Source of the DNA: Prochlorococcus marinus subsp. pastoris str. CCMP1986
GTDB taxonomy: Bacteria > Cyanobacteriota > Cyanobacteriia > PCC-6307 > Cyanobiaceae
Direction of reading: 5' to 3'
DNA: 32,000 nt
Assembly: GCF_000011465.1 (NCBI RefSeq)
Contig: NC_005072.1
Span: 210,001 to 242,000 of the forward strand
The translations under genes were made by a program, and so were the position numbers. Below the pieces are notes generated by a model. It was not told the DNA's origin, did no database searches, and worked only from the letters and a program-made list of their open reading frames with translations. Of the stretch, positions 19,639 to 30,465 are shown piece after piece. Position 1 is the stretch's first letter. Each line of letters opens with the position of its first letter.

Positions 19639-20163
19639 TTGACAATTTATTTAGGCTTTTTATATTTATTCTTTGGAATTATATTTTTGTTAATGCCTTT
19701 AATATATATTGAATTAGGTAGACCAAGAGATTTTATAAAAGGTGGTTTAAACCTAGTAATTGGGATGTTATTAATTTATAAACAAAATATTTTTAATACT
19801 TTAAATTATTTAATTTTTAGTGTCATTACTACATTACTGACTTTTTATATAGTAGAAATATTTTCTATAAGGTGGAATCAATTAACTAATCAAGAGAAAA
19901 ATAATTTACTGACTTTAGAGGAATTGAAAAAAAATCTTTCAATTTTTTTAAAGGCCATCTCTCTAGCAAGGCAAGATTTTTTAAATTCAAACAATATTTT
20001 CAAATTTGGAAGAAAAAATGAAAATTTAAATAAAAAAAAGTGGGTTAGGAATGATGAAAATGATAATATAGTTAATTCAAATAAAAATAATTTACTGACT
20101 TTAGAGATGCCAAAAAAAGCAACAAATAAATCTACAAAAGATACAATCAATGAGGGTAAATAA
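19639..20163 (+). CDS. Membrane-anchored hypothetical protein, possibly Ycf66-like
   Basis: Hydrophobic N-terminal segments followed by a charged, Asn/Lys-rich tail. TTG is the likely start, because the frame has a stop at 19618-19620 and no ATG before it. The Ycf66 assignment rests on a faint resemblance and gene size. Confidence 0.45.
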   Translation: MTIYLGFLYLFFGIIFLLMPLIYIELGRPRDFIKGGLNLVIGMLLIYKQNIFNTLNYLIFSVITTLLTFYIVEIFSIRWNQLTNQEKNNLLTLEELKKNLSIFLKAISLARQDFLNSNNIFKFGRKNENLNKKKWVRNDENDNIVNSNKNNLLTLEMPKKATNKSTKDTINEGK

Positions 20164-20205
20164 TTAAATAAATTAATCGATTATAAATAAATTCTCTAAT
20201 TTCGA

Positions 20206-23103
20206 ATGAAATCAAAACATAACAAAGAAAAAAAATCTGGCTTTTCCTATAAAGAAACTTTGAATTTATTGAAGACTGATTTTTCGATGCGAGCTAATTC
20301 AGTAATTAGGGAACCAGAGATTCATGAATTCTGGTCAAGAAATAAGATTGATTTGGAGTTGGGTTCAACTAACTCAGGTAAAAATTTTACTTTGCATGAT
20401 GGCCCCCCTTATGCGAATGGTTCCCTCCACATGGGACATGCTTTAAATAAAGTCTTAAAGGATATTATTAATAAATACAAAACCTTACAAGGTTTCAAAG
20501 TTCATTTTATACCTGGTTGGGATTGCCATGGGTTACCAATTGAGTTAAAGGTTCTACAAAGTTTAAAATCCAATGAAAGAAGAAATTTAGATTCTTTAGG
20601 TTTAAGAAAAAAAGCAACAGATTATGCAAAGATTCAAATTAACAATCAACTAGAGGGCTTTAAGAGATGGGGTATTTGGGGAGACTGGGATAATCCCTAT
20701 TTAACACTTAAAAAAAATTATGAGTCTGCTCAGATTGGTGTTTTTGGGAAGATGTTCTTAAATGGCTATATATATAGAGGTTTAAAACCTGTTCATTGGA
20801 GTCCAAGTTCTAGAACAGCACTTGCAGAAGCAGAATTAGAGTATCCAGAGGAGCATTTTTCAAAAAGTATTTATGTTTCTTTAAATATTACTAAATTATC
20901 AGATGCAGTTCTTCTTAAATTAGAAGAAAAAGATCTGAGAAACAAATTACTTTCTAGTTTAAATAAATTATTTATAGCTATATGGACTACTACTCCATGG
21001 ACAATTCCTGGTAATGAAGCAGTAGCTATTAATCCTAGAATAAATTATGTTTTTGCCTCAGATCAAAACGGTAATATATATCTTTTTGCTAGAGATTTAA
21101 TTTCTGAAATTTGTGAAAAGCTAGATAGAGAATTTAATGTTTTATTAGATGTAAAAGGATCATTGCTAGAGGGTCTTGAGTATAAGCATCCTACAAAAAA
21201 TAAGTTTTGCAATATTGTAATTGGAGGTGATTATATAACCACTGAATCTGGGACAGGAATTGTGCATACTGCCCCTGGTCATGGCATGGATGATTTTAAT
21301 GTTGGGCAAAAATATCAATTACCCATAACCTGCATTGTCGATGAAAAAGGTAATTTAAATAAGCATGCTGAAAAGTTTTGCGGATTAAATGTTTTGAAAG
21401 ATGCTAATGATTTGATTATTGAAGATTTAGAGAAAAATAACTTACTCCTTTTAAAAGAAAATTATAAACACAGATATCCTTATGATTGGAGGACTAAAAA
21501 ACCTACAATTTTTAGAGCAACTGAACAATGGTTTGCATCAGTAGAGGGATTTAGATCTTCAGCCTTGAAAGCAATAGAAGATGTTGAATGGATGCCAAAA
21601 ACAGGTAAGAAAAGAATTTATTCAATGGTTGTTGGAAGAGGTGATTGGTGTATTTCTAGACAAAGGTCATGGGGAGTGCCAATACCTGTTTTCTATGAAA
21701 AAGAAGGGAAAGGAGTACTTATTAATACTGAAACTATTAACCATATAAAAAGTTTATTTGAGGAGTATGGAGCAGATGTATGGTGGGAATGGGATGAGAA
21801 GAAACTATTGCCAGAAAAATATAGAAATGAATCTGATCGTTGGGAAAAAGGGCTAGATACTATGGATGTCTGGTTTGATTCAGGTTCTAGTTGGGCCGCA
21901 GTTTGTGAGCAAAGGGAAGAATTACAATATCCAGCCGATTTGTATTTAGAGGGATCTGATCAACATAGAGGTTGGTTTCAATCATCTTTGCTAACTTCAG
22001 TAGCAGTAAATAATAAGCCGCCATATAAGACAGTTTTAACTCATGGATTTGCTTTAGATGAGAATGGTAGAAAAATGAGTAAATCCTTGGGTAACGTTGT
22101 TGATCCTAATATCATTATTAATGGTGGTCCTAACCAAAAAATACAACCTGCCTATGGAGCGGATGTCCTTAGGCTCTGGGTTAGTTCTGTTGATTACTCA
22201 GTTGATGTACCAATTGGATCAAATATTTTAAAACAACTTTCAGATGTTTATAGAAAAGTAAGAAATACAGCTAGATATCTCTTAGGTAATATTCATGATT
22301 ATGATCCTGCATTAGAGGAAATTGATATTGATCAGTTGCCGTTATTAGATCAATGGATGTTAAATAGGCTAGTTGAGGTCTCAGATGAAGTAACAATTGC
22401 ATATGAAAATTACGAATTTTCAAAGTTTTTCCAAATATTGCAAAGTTTTTGTGTTGTGGATTTATCTAATTTTTATTTAGATATCGCAAAAGATAGATTA
22501 TATGTAAGTGCTAAAACTCAATTTAGGAGAAGATCTTGTCAGTTTGTGATGTCCAGAATTGTAGAAAATTTAGCTGTCATTATTTCTCCAGTTCTTTGTC
22601 ATATGGCTGAAGATATTTGGCAAAATATCCCATATTCAACTATTGAAAAATCAGTATTTGAAAGAAGATGGCCAAAATTTCCTGAGTCATGGCTTAATCC
22701 CGAACTTAATGAACATATTTCTAATTTAAGAACATTACGTGTAGAAATTAATAAAGCAATAGAAGGTTGTAGAACCCAACAAATGATTGGAGCTGCTCTT
22801 GAGACTGAGGTTAATTACCTCCCTGAAAATGAGTTTTTTAAAAATTCTCTTTCTTGGCTTGATAAATTTGGCAATAAAGAAGTGGATTTATACCGAGATT
22901 GGTTGATAGTTTCTGATTTTAATATAGTTAATAATTTATCTAAGGATTGTTTAAGTATCGATAATAATGAACTTGGAAAGATTCAGATTCTTAAAGCTAA
23001 AGGTCTTAAATGTGATAGATGTTGGCATTATCAAAATATTACAGTTAAAGGGATTGAAAACACTAAATTATGCGAGAGATGTGCAAATATTATTAATTTA
23101 TAA
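20206..23103 (+). CDS. ileS: Isoleucyl-tRNA synthetase
   Basis: [36 protein letters not shown]-like [14 protein letters not shown]-terminal zinc finger CDRCWHYQ...CERCANII. Confidence 0.98.
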   Translation: MKSKHNKEKKSGFSYKETLNLLKTDFSMRANSVIREPEIHEFWSRNKIDLELGSTNSGKNFTLHDGPPYANGSLHMGHALNKVLKDIINKYKTLQGFKVHFIPGWDCHGLPIELKVLQSLKSNERRNLDSLGLRKKATDYAKIQINNQLEGFKRWGIWGDWDNPYLTLKKNYESAQIGVFGKMFLNGYIYRGLKPVHWSPSSRTALAEAELEYPEEHFSKSIYVSLNITKLSDAVLLKLEEKDLRNKLLSSLNKLFIAIWTTTPWTIPGNEAVAINPRINYVFASDQNGNIYLFARDLISEICEKLDREFNVLLDVKGSLLEGLEYKHPTKNKFCNIVIGGDYITTESGTGIVHTAPGHGMDDFNVGQKYQLPITCIVDEKGNLNKHAEKFCGLNVLKDANDLIIEDLEKNNLLLLKENYKHRYPYDWRTKKPTIFRATEQWFASVEGFRSSALKAIEDVEWMPKTGKKRIYSMVVGRGDWCISRQRSWGVPIPVFYEKEGKGVLINTETINHIKSLFEEYGADVWWEWDEKKLLPEKYRNESDRWEKGLDTMDVWFDSGSSWAAVCEQREELQYPADLYLEGSDQHRGWFQSSLLTSVAVNNKPPYKTVLTHGFALDENGRKMSKSLGNVVDPNIIINGGPNQKIQPAYGADVLRLWVSSVDYSVDVPIGSNILKQLSDVYRKVRNTARYLLGNIHDYDPALEEIDIDQLPLLDQWMLNRLVEVSDEVTIAYENYEFSKFFQILQSFCVVDLSNFYLDIAKDRLYVSAKTQFRRRSCQFVMSRIVENLAVIISPVLCHMAEDIWQNIPYSTIEKSVFERRWPKFPESWLNPELNEHISNLRTLRVEINKAIEGCRTQQMIGAALETEVNYLPENEFFKNSLSWLDKFGNKEVDLYRDWLIVSDFNIVNNLSKDCLSIDNNELGKIQILKAKGLKCDRCWHYQNITVKGIENTKLCERCANIINL

Positions 23104-23104
23104 A

Positions 23105-23149
23105 TAGTTGATTTAAATCAATTGCAGTATTGTTATTTTTGATCAACTA
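23105..23149. repeat. Inverted repeat TAGTTGAT ... ATCAACTA enclosing a 14-bp palindrome TTGATTTAAATCAA
   Basis: 8-bp perfect arms at 23105-23112 and 23142-23149; palindrome at 23108-23121; begins 2 nt after the ileS stop. Confidence 0.8.
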
Positions 23150-23269
23150 CATACTCTTTAAATTATTATTTATAAAAATTCTTTAGAATATTCCCTTGAT
23201 TAAGTAACCTTATATTTTTAAAGACTATTTGGAATATTAAAACTTATATGTTCTAAGTTTTTGATAAAA

Positions 23270-23893
23270 TCAATTCCTGCCATAATTCGAAAAACCAGAA
23301 TTCCGACCACTTTTTGGGAATTTAATTATCGCCCATTGTAATAAACCTAATGTATATATTAATAAGGCAAATAATCCTAAAAATTTTGCAACTGGTTGCG
23401 AAAAGCTAGCTCCAAATAAGAAATTAAATAAATTTTTTAAAATCAAGTAAAAATTTGTTGAAGGTTTAAGCCAAATTTCACATTGCGCAGAATTAATAAA
23501 AGAAACACAATTAATATTATTTAAACTTTGAATTAAAAAAATTAAAGATATAAAAGTTATAGACCATCGCCAAATTTTCGTAGTTGTAGTTAATGCATGA
23601 GATATTCTATATTCATTTAACTCGTCATTAATATCATTCCAAAACCATATTGAGATTGTCATTATTAATGTCGAAATATTTGTAATTAAGAGAGCGAAAT
23701 TGTACTCTCCAATTAGGAGGATAAGACTTATGAAGAATAGAATTGATATTTTCCAATAATTAGATAAAAGTTTTGTAATGGCTTTACTTTTGTTTTTTAT
23801 TGACCAACAAAGCAGAGTTAAAGGAAGACCAACTATAAAGACTAATGAAAGTTGAAAAGATAGCCAAATGGAAAGCTGATTAAGACTGTTCAA
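23270..23893 (-). CDS. Conserved cyanobacterial membrane protein, DUF3177-like
   Basis: Multiple hydrophobic helices with FWNDINDELNEYRISHALTTTTKIWRW. Family assigned from recalled pattern. Confidence 0.65.
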   Translation of the reverse strand: MNSLNQLSIWLSFQLSLVFIVGLPLTLLCWSIKNKSKAITKLLSNYWKISILFFISLILLIGEYNFALLITNISTLIMTISIWFWNDINDELNEYRISHALTTTTKIWRWSITFISLIFLIQSLNNINCVSFINSAQCEIWLKPSTNFYLILKNLFNFLFGASFSQPVAKFLGLFALLIYTLGLLQWAIIKFPKSGRNSGFSNYGRN

Positions 23894-24018
23894 AACTTTT
23901 TCTTTTTAACACACATAAATATTAAACCTTACCCACCTGCTTATTAACTTATTATTGTCATAGTTATGAATAATATGCACCATATTAATTTCTACTACGA
24001 AATAATTAAATAATTTTT

Positions 24019-24648
24019 ATGAGACAGCATGTAAATCCACTCAGTAAAAATTTCTTTGAAATAGATCCAATACCTCCTTTGAATCAAGTTTTTGAAAACC
24101 CAAAATTACCTCTCCATTTAGATATCGGTTGCGCTTCAGGTGAATTTTTATTCGAATTATCACTTAAAAATAAAAACTGGAATTATATAGGAATTGAAAT
24201 TAGAGAAAAATTAGTTTTAAATGCTAATTTGAAAATGAAAAGTAGAGAAAATAAAAATTTATATTTTTCATTTGGTAATGCTAATAACATTTTTAACCAA
24301 ACTAATAATAAATCAATTATTAATTTAATAACTAGTATTTCTTTTAATTTTCCTGATCCATGGTTTAAAAAGAAACATCATAAAAGACGTGTAATTCAGC
24401 CTAAATTATTAAATCTACTCTCAAATTCAATGAAAAAAGGATCTTTAATCTTTATTAAAACAGATGTAAGAGATCTTTTTGATCATATGGAACTCACAAT
24501 ATCCGAGAGTATAAAGTTCAAAAAAATACCATATCAAGATGTTGACTTTTGTGAAAGTTTTAATCCAAATAGAATTCAAACTAATAGAGAAAAATATGTA
24601 ATATTAAATCAACTTAAAATTTATGAAAGTATTTATAAGAAAATTTGA
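24019..24648 (+). CDS. trmB: tRNA (guanine-N7-)-methyltransferase
   Basis: [44 protein letters not shown]. Confidence 0.94.
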   Translation: MRQHVNPLSKNFFEIDPIPPLNQVFENPKLPLHLDIGCASGEFLFELSLKNKNWNYIGIEIREKLVLNANLKMKSRENKNLYFSFGNANNIFNQTNNKSIINLITSISFNFPDPWFKKKHHKRRVIQPKLLNLLSNSMKKGSLIFIKTDVRDLFDHMELTISESIKFKKIPYQDVDFCESFNPNRIQTNREKYVILNQLKIYESIYKKI

Positions 24649-24649
24649 T

Positions 24650-26008
24650 TCAAAAAGTTTTAGATATTTTATAGATTTTTGTACTAAGTTCGGCCGTGAT
24701 TTTTGTCGATAATGAATCTACTTCTTGTTGATTTCGTGCTTCAACTAATATACGTAAAACAGGTTCCGTTCCACTTGGACGTATGTAAACTCTACAATTA
24801 TCTTTTTTAATATTTGAAAAACTTTCTATAGTTTCATTAATGAATTCCTTATATGATTTATCAATATTTTTGAATTTAAAATTTAATAATACGTTAGTTA
24901 GTTTTTGAGGATATGGTGAGAAGCTACTATTAAGCCAAGATCTTAAACTGATATTTTTTTTCTTGCAGTATTTTGATATTTGAATTGCTGTTAATATTCC
25001 ATCCCCACAAAAGTCATTAATTTTTGAAAGAATATGACCTGATTGTTCCCCTCCTAATAAAGCCTTTTTTTTCTTTATTGCTTCAAATATAAATTTATCT
25101 CCAACTTCAGTTCTATGTAAAATCCCCCCAATTTTCTTCCAAGTATTTTCAAAACCTAAATTGGCCATTTTTGTTGAGATAATTGTGTTATTTGTAAGTA
25201 ATTTTTCTTCTAAAAGTTCTCTTCCCCATAGAAAGAGTATGTGATCTCCATCTATTATATTGCCCTCTGAATCAACCCCAATAACTCTATCGGCATCTCC
25301 ATCGAAGCTAAATCCCATATCAGCATTATTCTCTTTTATGGCTTTAATTATTGGATCCAAACATGTAGAACCGCAATTTAAATTTATTTTTAAACCATCT
25401 TGCTCATTATTAATAACTTTGACATTCGCTCCTAGTTTCTGAAAAATACTTGCTGCGCAGGTAGTTGCAGATCCGTAACATGTGTCTAAAACTATTTTCA
25501 TTCCATCTAAGTTTTCATCCCCCATAGTATTAATAAGTCCTTCTGTATAGATATTAAAAAGGTTATTATTTTCCCTTATAGATGTTTTTTTATAAGTAGA
25601 TAATTTAAGGTTGTTTGCTGTCTCTAAAATCAGTTCTATTTGATTTTCTAATTTCTTTTTAATTTTTTCTCCATTATTATCAAATATTTTAATACCATTA
25701 TATTCAGGAGGATTATGGCTCGCCGATATCATAATCCCACCACTAAATTTTTCTTTTTTTATTAAGAACGGGATAGCTGGTGTAGGACAGATTCCTAAAT
25801 ATATAAATTCTTTTCCTGCTGCATTAATTCCTCTTGATATAGCTTCTATAAGAATATATCCACTTACTCTTGTATCTCTTCCGATTAGTATTGGATTATT
25901 GGTTTTCGTTGAAACTCCTAAAGCATATCCAACCTTATATGCTAAAGAATATGTTAATTCTTTATCAAATATTCCCCTTATTCCATCAGTTCCAAATATA
26001 GATTGCAT
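24650..26008 (-). CDS. glmM: Phosphoglucosamine mutase
   Basis: [50 protein letters not shown]. Confidence 0.93.
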   Translation of the reverse strand: MQSIFGTDGIRGIFDKELTYSLAYKVGYALGVSTKTNNPILIGRDTRVSGYILIEAISRGINAAGKEFIYLGICPTPAIPFLIKKEKFSGGIMISASHNPPEYNGIKIFDNNGEKIKKKLENQIELILETANNLKLSTYKKTSIRENNNLFNIYTEGLINTMGDENLDGMKIVLDTCYGSATTCAASIFQKLGANVKVINNEQDGLKINLNCGSTCLDPIIKAIKENNADMGFSFDGDADRVIGVDSEGNIIDGDHILFLWGRELLEEKLLTNNTIISTKMANLGFENTWKKIGGILHRTEVGDKFIFEAIKKKKALLGGEQSGHILSKINDFCGDGILTAIQISKYCKKKNISLRSWLNSSFSPYPQKLTNVLLNFKFKNIDKSYKEFINETIESFSNIKKDNCRVYIRPSGTEPVLRILVEARNQQEVDSLSTKITAELSTKIYKISKTF

Positions 26009-26137
26009 ATTATTACTTCTATAAGTATAAGTATTTTTCCAAGTGTATTTATATTATAAGTTGATTAAAAGTAAAAAGAATAATGCTCTCTTAAATTATA
26101 TTATCTATATAAAATATAAAAAGTAAATGATTAGATA

Positions 26138-26683
26138 ATGCAATCTGGTAATAAAGAATCCTTTTTAAATTCCTCGCAAAAATCGATACTGATATTATTT
26201 TTTGCTCTAATTATTTGCTCTGCACTTGTCTTGAAAAATTTTATATTTCAACCCACTTTTCTTCTTAAGAAATTTGGACAATCATCTATTGATCCTGAAA
26301 TAGCTTTTACAAATAATAAACCTACTTTTCTTGAGTTTTATGCAGATTGGTGCGAAGTTTGTAAGGAAATGGCTCCAAAAGTTGAAGATATTAAAAATAA
26401 ATATGAAAAAGATATAAATTTTGTTTTTTTAAATGTAGATAATCCAAAATGGGAAAAATACATAAGAAATTTCAATGTTAATGGAATTCCACAAATAAAT
26501 ATTTTTGATAATGATTCCAATTTAGAACTCACTTTTATTGGAAAACAGGAAGAAGATTCTATAAAAGAATCTCTCGATAATTTATACGATAAATTTAGAG
26601 GTGATTCACAAATTCTAAATTCAGAATTCTCAATAATCAAAGACAATAAAAATTATCAATCCTCTCCAAGAAGTCACGGATAA
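26138..26683 (+). CDS. Thioredoxin-like membrane-anchored protein (TxlA/HCF164-like)
   Basis: N-terminal transmembrane segment, then FLEFYADWCEVCKEMAPKV with a CxxC motif and NGIPQINIFD. Confidence 0.82.
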   Translation: MQSGNKESFLNSSQKSILILFFALIICSALVLKNFIFQPTFLLKKFGQSSIDPEIAFTNNKPTFLEFYADWCEVCKEMAPKVEDIKNKYEKDINFVFLNVDNPKWEKYIRNFNVNGIPQINIFDNDSNLELTFIGKQEEDSIKESLDNLYDKFRGDSQILNSEFSIIKDNKNYQSSPRSHG

Positions 26684-26685
26684 AT

Positions 26686-27324
26686 TTATTCCCAATTCAA
26701 TGCTTCAGATACAGATGGAAAATATTTGATAAATACTTTCTTACAGTCTTCAGCTATTTCCATATGTTCTTTTTGTGTTCCTTCTTTTGATCTTAGCTGT
26801 ATATAGTGAATCCAAGACCTGCAGGAACCAGTCATATAAATTCTTGTTGGGGTAGCTAATGGCATAATAAATCTAGCGCATTCCTTTGCAATCCCTTCAT
26901 TTAGCATTTCTTCGTATAGTTTATTTGCCTCTTGAAAGTGTTTTGAAATTTTTTCTGAAAATTTTATTTTAAGTTCATCCGGTATGTCATCAATGCTATT
27001 TTGACGATTCTTTTGATCTTGCCTTCTTAAGTTTGGGATAGGTATTTCATTTCCTAGTAAACTAGTTTCAGCATATCTTTGTGAGAATTCTTGAAAAGTA
27101 AATGATCTATGTCTAAGAATTTGAGCCGCGATACCTCTATTAGTTTCGATTTTCAATGTCATGCATGATTGTTCAAAAACTGACCAGTGCTCATGTTTTA
27201 TGCAATATCTTAATAATCCGGCGAATTTATCATTAGCCTGATTCGAAGGATTAGAGACTCTGGCGATATAAGCCATTGTTTTTTCTGCCTCTGGAGTTAA
27301 TGAAATTAGCTCAACTTTACTCAT
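26686..27324 (-). CDS. thyX: FAD-dependent thymidylate synthase
   Basis: ThyX signature RHRSFTFQEFSQRY plus HWSVFEQ and RSWIHYIQLRS. Confidence 0.96.
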   Translation of the reverse strand: MSKVELISLTPEAEKTMAYIARVSNPSNQANDKFAGLLRYCIKHEHWSVFEQSCMTLKIETNRGIAAQILRHRSFTFQEFSQRYAETSLLGNEIPIPNLRRQDQKNRQNSIDDIPDELKIKFSEKISKHFQEANKLYEEMLNEGIAKECARFIMPLATPTRIYMTGSCRSWIHYIQLRSKEGTQKEHMEIAEDCKKVFIKYFPSVSEALNWE

Positions 27325-27325
27325 A

Positions 27326-27919
27326 TTAAATTTTGGCTAAAGTAACCTTTTCTGGTTGATTTTGATATTTACCTTTTCTATCTTCATATGTTGTAGAGCA
27401 AGGATCACCCTCAAAAAATAATAGTTGACAAATACCTTCATTTGCATAAATCCGACAATCTGCACCTGAACTGTTGCTGAACTCTAATGTAAGATGCCCC
27501 TCCCAACCGGCCTCGGCTGGAGTTGTATTTACTATAATTCCGAGACGAGCATAAGTACTTTTACCGATACAAATCACAGTAATATTTTCTGGTACTTTCA
27601 TTTTCTCTAAAGCAACTCCTAGGCCGTAAGAATGAGCAGGTAAAATAAAAAATTCACCATCTTTATCTTCGTGAAGAATGGTTTTTTCTAAATTATCAGG
27701 ATTAAATTTCTTTGGATTCATAACTGTTCCTGGGACATGCTTAAATATTAAAAACTCTTTAGAAGAAAGTCTTAAATCATAGCCATATGAAGAACATCCG
27801 TAACTTAAAACTGCATTTTTTTTATTATTAGGATCTAGATGTCTGACTAAATTTGATTGAAAAGGATTTATCATGCCTTTAGAAGCTTTTTGGTTTATCC
27901 AGAGATCATTTTTGAGCAT
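27326..27919 (-). CDS. dcd: dCTP deaminase
   Basis: CSSYGYDLRLS, GKSTYARLGIIVNTTPAEAGWEGHLTLEFSN, EGICQLLFFEG. Confidence 0.95.
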   Translation of the reverse strand: MLKNDLWINQKASKGMINPFQSNLVRHLDPNNKKNAVLSYGCSSYGYDLRLSSKEFLIFKHVPGTVMNPKKFNPDNLEKTILHEDKDGEFFILPAHSYGLGVALEKMKVPENITVICIGKSTYARLGIIVNTTPAEAGWEGHLTLEFSNSSGADCRIYANEGICQLLFFEGDPCSTTYEDRKGKYQNQPEKVTLAKI

Positions 27920-27924
27920 AATTT

Positions 27925-28500
27925 CTATGAGCGAAGTTCTGTAATTTGGTCAGCCATTAACAAGAATTTTTTTGGAATGGATGTACCAGTAAGGATTACA
28001 TCTCCTGATATAAATCGGTTTTCAAGTGTTGAAATCAAATCATCTTTACTGATAATATTCATCTCTACAGCTAAAAAAACTTCATCAAGAATAATTTGAT
28101 CATATTCTCCATAAAGTAATTCTTTTTTGCAATAATCCCATAATTCTATTATTGAATTATTAATAGATTTAGATATATTATTGTTTATGTTTTCTGACTC
28201 ATATTGATCATAAGAATTAGAAGATCTTATCCAGGTAAGATTACCGCAAAGCTTTTGAGCATTGGAAATTCCTTGTTTTACACCTCCTTTCATTAGTTGA
28301 ACTAAAAGTACTTTTCTTCCTAAAGCTGCATTTCTTAGTGAATCTCTGATAATGGATGAATAACTTCCTCGGTATGAAGATTGATAAATCTGAATTTGGC
28401 CATTTTGATTTATCTTTCTTAATTTAAATTCTTTATTTTTATTTATGTTTACAACTTCATTATTAGTTGTTAAATAACTATTTGACGAACTGGCTACCAT
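27925..28500 (-). CDS. CobO/BtuR-like corrinoid adenosyltransferase family protein with altered P-loop
   Basis: GQIQIYQSSYRGSYSSIIRDSLRNAALGRKVLLVQLMKGG...ILDEVFLAVEMNIISKDDLISTLENRFISGDVILTG matches CobO layout, except the Walker A region. Confidence 0.75.
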   Translation of the reverse strand: MVASSSNSYLTTNNEVVNINKNKEFKLRKINQNGQIQIYQSSYRGSYSSIIRDSLRNAALGRKVLLVQLMKGGVKQGISNAQKLCGNLTWIRSSNSYDQYESENINNNISKSINNSIIELWDYCKKELLYGEYDQIILDEVFLAVEMNIISKDDLISTLENRFISGDVILTGTSIPKKFLLMADQITELRS

Positions 28501-28641
28501 TATTTTTGAATTTACTTTTCTATATTCAGTATAGTTAGAATTTTATAACACTGCATATAGTGTAATTTTCCTTAAAGTAGCTTCTTAGAATAAAGAATTT
28601 TTTTTTATAATAATTTTTTAAAAAATATAAGAATTGAAAAA

Positions 28642-28657
28642 TGTTACTGTTGATACA
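28642..28657 (+). promoter_or_regulatory. Candidate NtcA box upstream of ntcA
   Basis: TGTT-ACTGTTGA-TACA, one mismatch from TGTA-N8-TACA, 48 nt upstream of the ntcA ATG. Confidence 0.4.
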
Positions 28658-28704
28658 AGTTATTTCTTGCTGTCTTCTTAAGTTTTTTAATAGTAAAGAT
28701 ATTT

Positions 28705-29439
28705 ATGTCACCTGCTTCTAGAGGATTCAGCCGCTTAACTCCGCAACCTTCCGGACAAAATACTATTAATACTATTGGTGAACGTTTTCCGATTAATAGA
28801 ACATTAATGGAAGTCATAAAAGGTCTTGAAGGAGCAAGTACAGAAATGGTTGAGAGATCGAAAACAATATTTTTCCCTGGAGATCCTGCTGAAAGAGTTT
28901 ATTTAATAAGAAGAGGAGCAGTAAGGTTATCAAGAGTTTATGAATCAGGAGAAGAAATTACTGTTGCCTTGTTAAGGGAAAATAGCCTTTTTGGAGTTTT
29001 ATCTCTCCTAACAGGACATAGGTCTGATCGTTTTTATCATGCTATTGCTTTTACAAGAGTTGAAATGATTACAGCTCCTGCAAATTCTGTTTTGAGAGCA
29101 ATTGAAGCAGATGCATCCGTTGGTCTATTACTCTTGCAAGGCCTTTCAAGCAGGATTCTACAAACAGAAACAATGATAGAAACTCTTACACATAGAGACA
29201 TGTCATCTCGCCTAGTAAGTTTTTTGATGGTTTTGTGTCGAGATTTTGGAGTGGCAAGTGAAAAAGGTATTACTATTGATTTAAGACTTTCTCATCAAGC
29301 TATAGCAGAGGCAATAGGTTCTACAAGAGTTACCATTACAAGATTATTAGGAGATTTGAAAGATTCAGGATTATTAACTATTGAAAGAAAGAAGATTACA
29401 GTTTTTGATCCAATAGCACTTTCAAAAAGATTTAATTGA
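28705..29439 (+). CDS. ntcA: Global nitrogen regulator NtcA (CRP family)
   Basis: [49 protein letters not shown] and [27 protein letters not shown]. Confidence 0.97.
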   Translation: MSPASRGFSRLTPQPSGQNTINTIGERFPINRTLMEVIKGLEGASTEMVERSKTIFFPGDPAERVYLIRRGAVRLSRVYESGEEITVALLRENSLFGVLSLLTGHRSDRFYHAIAFTRVEMITAPANSVLRAIEADASVGLLLLQGLSSRILQTETMIETLTHRDMSSRLVSFLMVLCRDFGVASEKGITIDLRLSHQAIAEAIGSTRVTITRLLGDLKDSGLLTIERKKITVFDPIALSKRFN

Positions 29440-29493
29440 TATTTAATCAATTCATTCTCTATTATTAATGGTAATTAAATATTTAGATATATT

Positions 29494-30465
29494 GTGTCTG
29501 GTTGGCTTTTCATTATTTTCTTATTACTGCTTGGAGGTTTAATTTCAACGTTAGGTGACTTATTAGGTTCAAAGATAGGTAAGGCTAGGTTTAGCATTTT
29601 AAAGTTAAGACCCAAAAAAACTGCAATTTTAATTACAATTTTGACAGGCAGTCTGATAAGTGCTTCATCTTTGTTCTTAATGATATTAGTAAATAGACAG
29701 TTGAGAGTAGGGTTATTTAGGTTAGGAGATTTACAGAAAAAACTTCAAGAAAGTAAACAAGTTTTGATACCTTTAGAAAAAGAAAGAGAAAAACTAGAAA
29801 ATAAAATAAAAGCTAAAGAGACTGAATTTAAGCAATTAGAAAGGAATATAATTGCATTAAGAAGCGGGAAATTTGTAATAAGAAGTGGGCAATCTTTAAT
29901 TATTTCAGAGATAAGTTCTTCTAACCTGAAAGACATTAAATCTAAAATAGAAAAAATTATTATCAATGCCAATAGATATACTCATAAGATAGTTAAACCA
30001 AAAAATAAAGAAGTTAAAAATTTATTGTTATTAAGAAAAAATCATATCGAAGAAATGCAAAATATTATTTTAAAAGGTGGTAATTGGGTAATAAATATAA
30101 AATCTGTCAGAAATGTTCTAACAGGAGAAAATTTTGTGTATGCTTTTCCTGAAATAACAGAAAATAAAATAATAGTTAGAAAAGGTGAAAAAATAACAAA
30201 AATTGACTTCAAACAAGAAGATTTTAATAAAAAAGATTTTGGCGATAAGGTAAATTTTCTACTATCTTCTAGTTTGGCCGAAATTAAGAGAAGAGGTTCA
30301 CTTGTAAATGAAATTAAATTGCGAGGCGATTCTATAAAAGAATTAAGAGACTTCTTAAATAAAAATGATAAAACTAATTTTGAATTAGAAGCAGTCTCTT
30401 TGTTTAACAGTAAGACTGCTCAACCAGTGATTGTTGAACTAAATGTAAATTATCCAGAATCTTAG
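29494..30465 (+). CDS. DUF3084-like conserved cyanobacterial protein
   Basis: Two N-terminal transmembrane segments, then a coiled coil and LIISEISSSNLKDIKSKIEKIIINAN. First ATG or GTG at 29494. Confidence 0.7.
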   Translation: MSGWLFIIFLLLLGGLISTLGDLLGSKIGKARFSILKLRPKKTAILITILTGSLISASSLFLMILVNRQLRVGLFRLGDLQKKLQESKQVLIPLEKEREKLENKIKAKETEFKQLERNIIALRSGKFVIRSGQSLIISEISSSNLKDIKSKIEKIIINANRYTHKIVKPKNKEVKNLLLLRKNHIEEMQNIILKGGNWVINIKSVRNVLTGENFVYAFPEITENKIIVRKGEKITKIDFKQEDFNKKDFGDKVNFLLSSSLAEIKRRGSLVNEIKLRGDSIKELRDFLNKNDKTNFELEAVSLFNSKTAQPVIVELNVNYPES

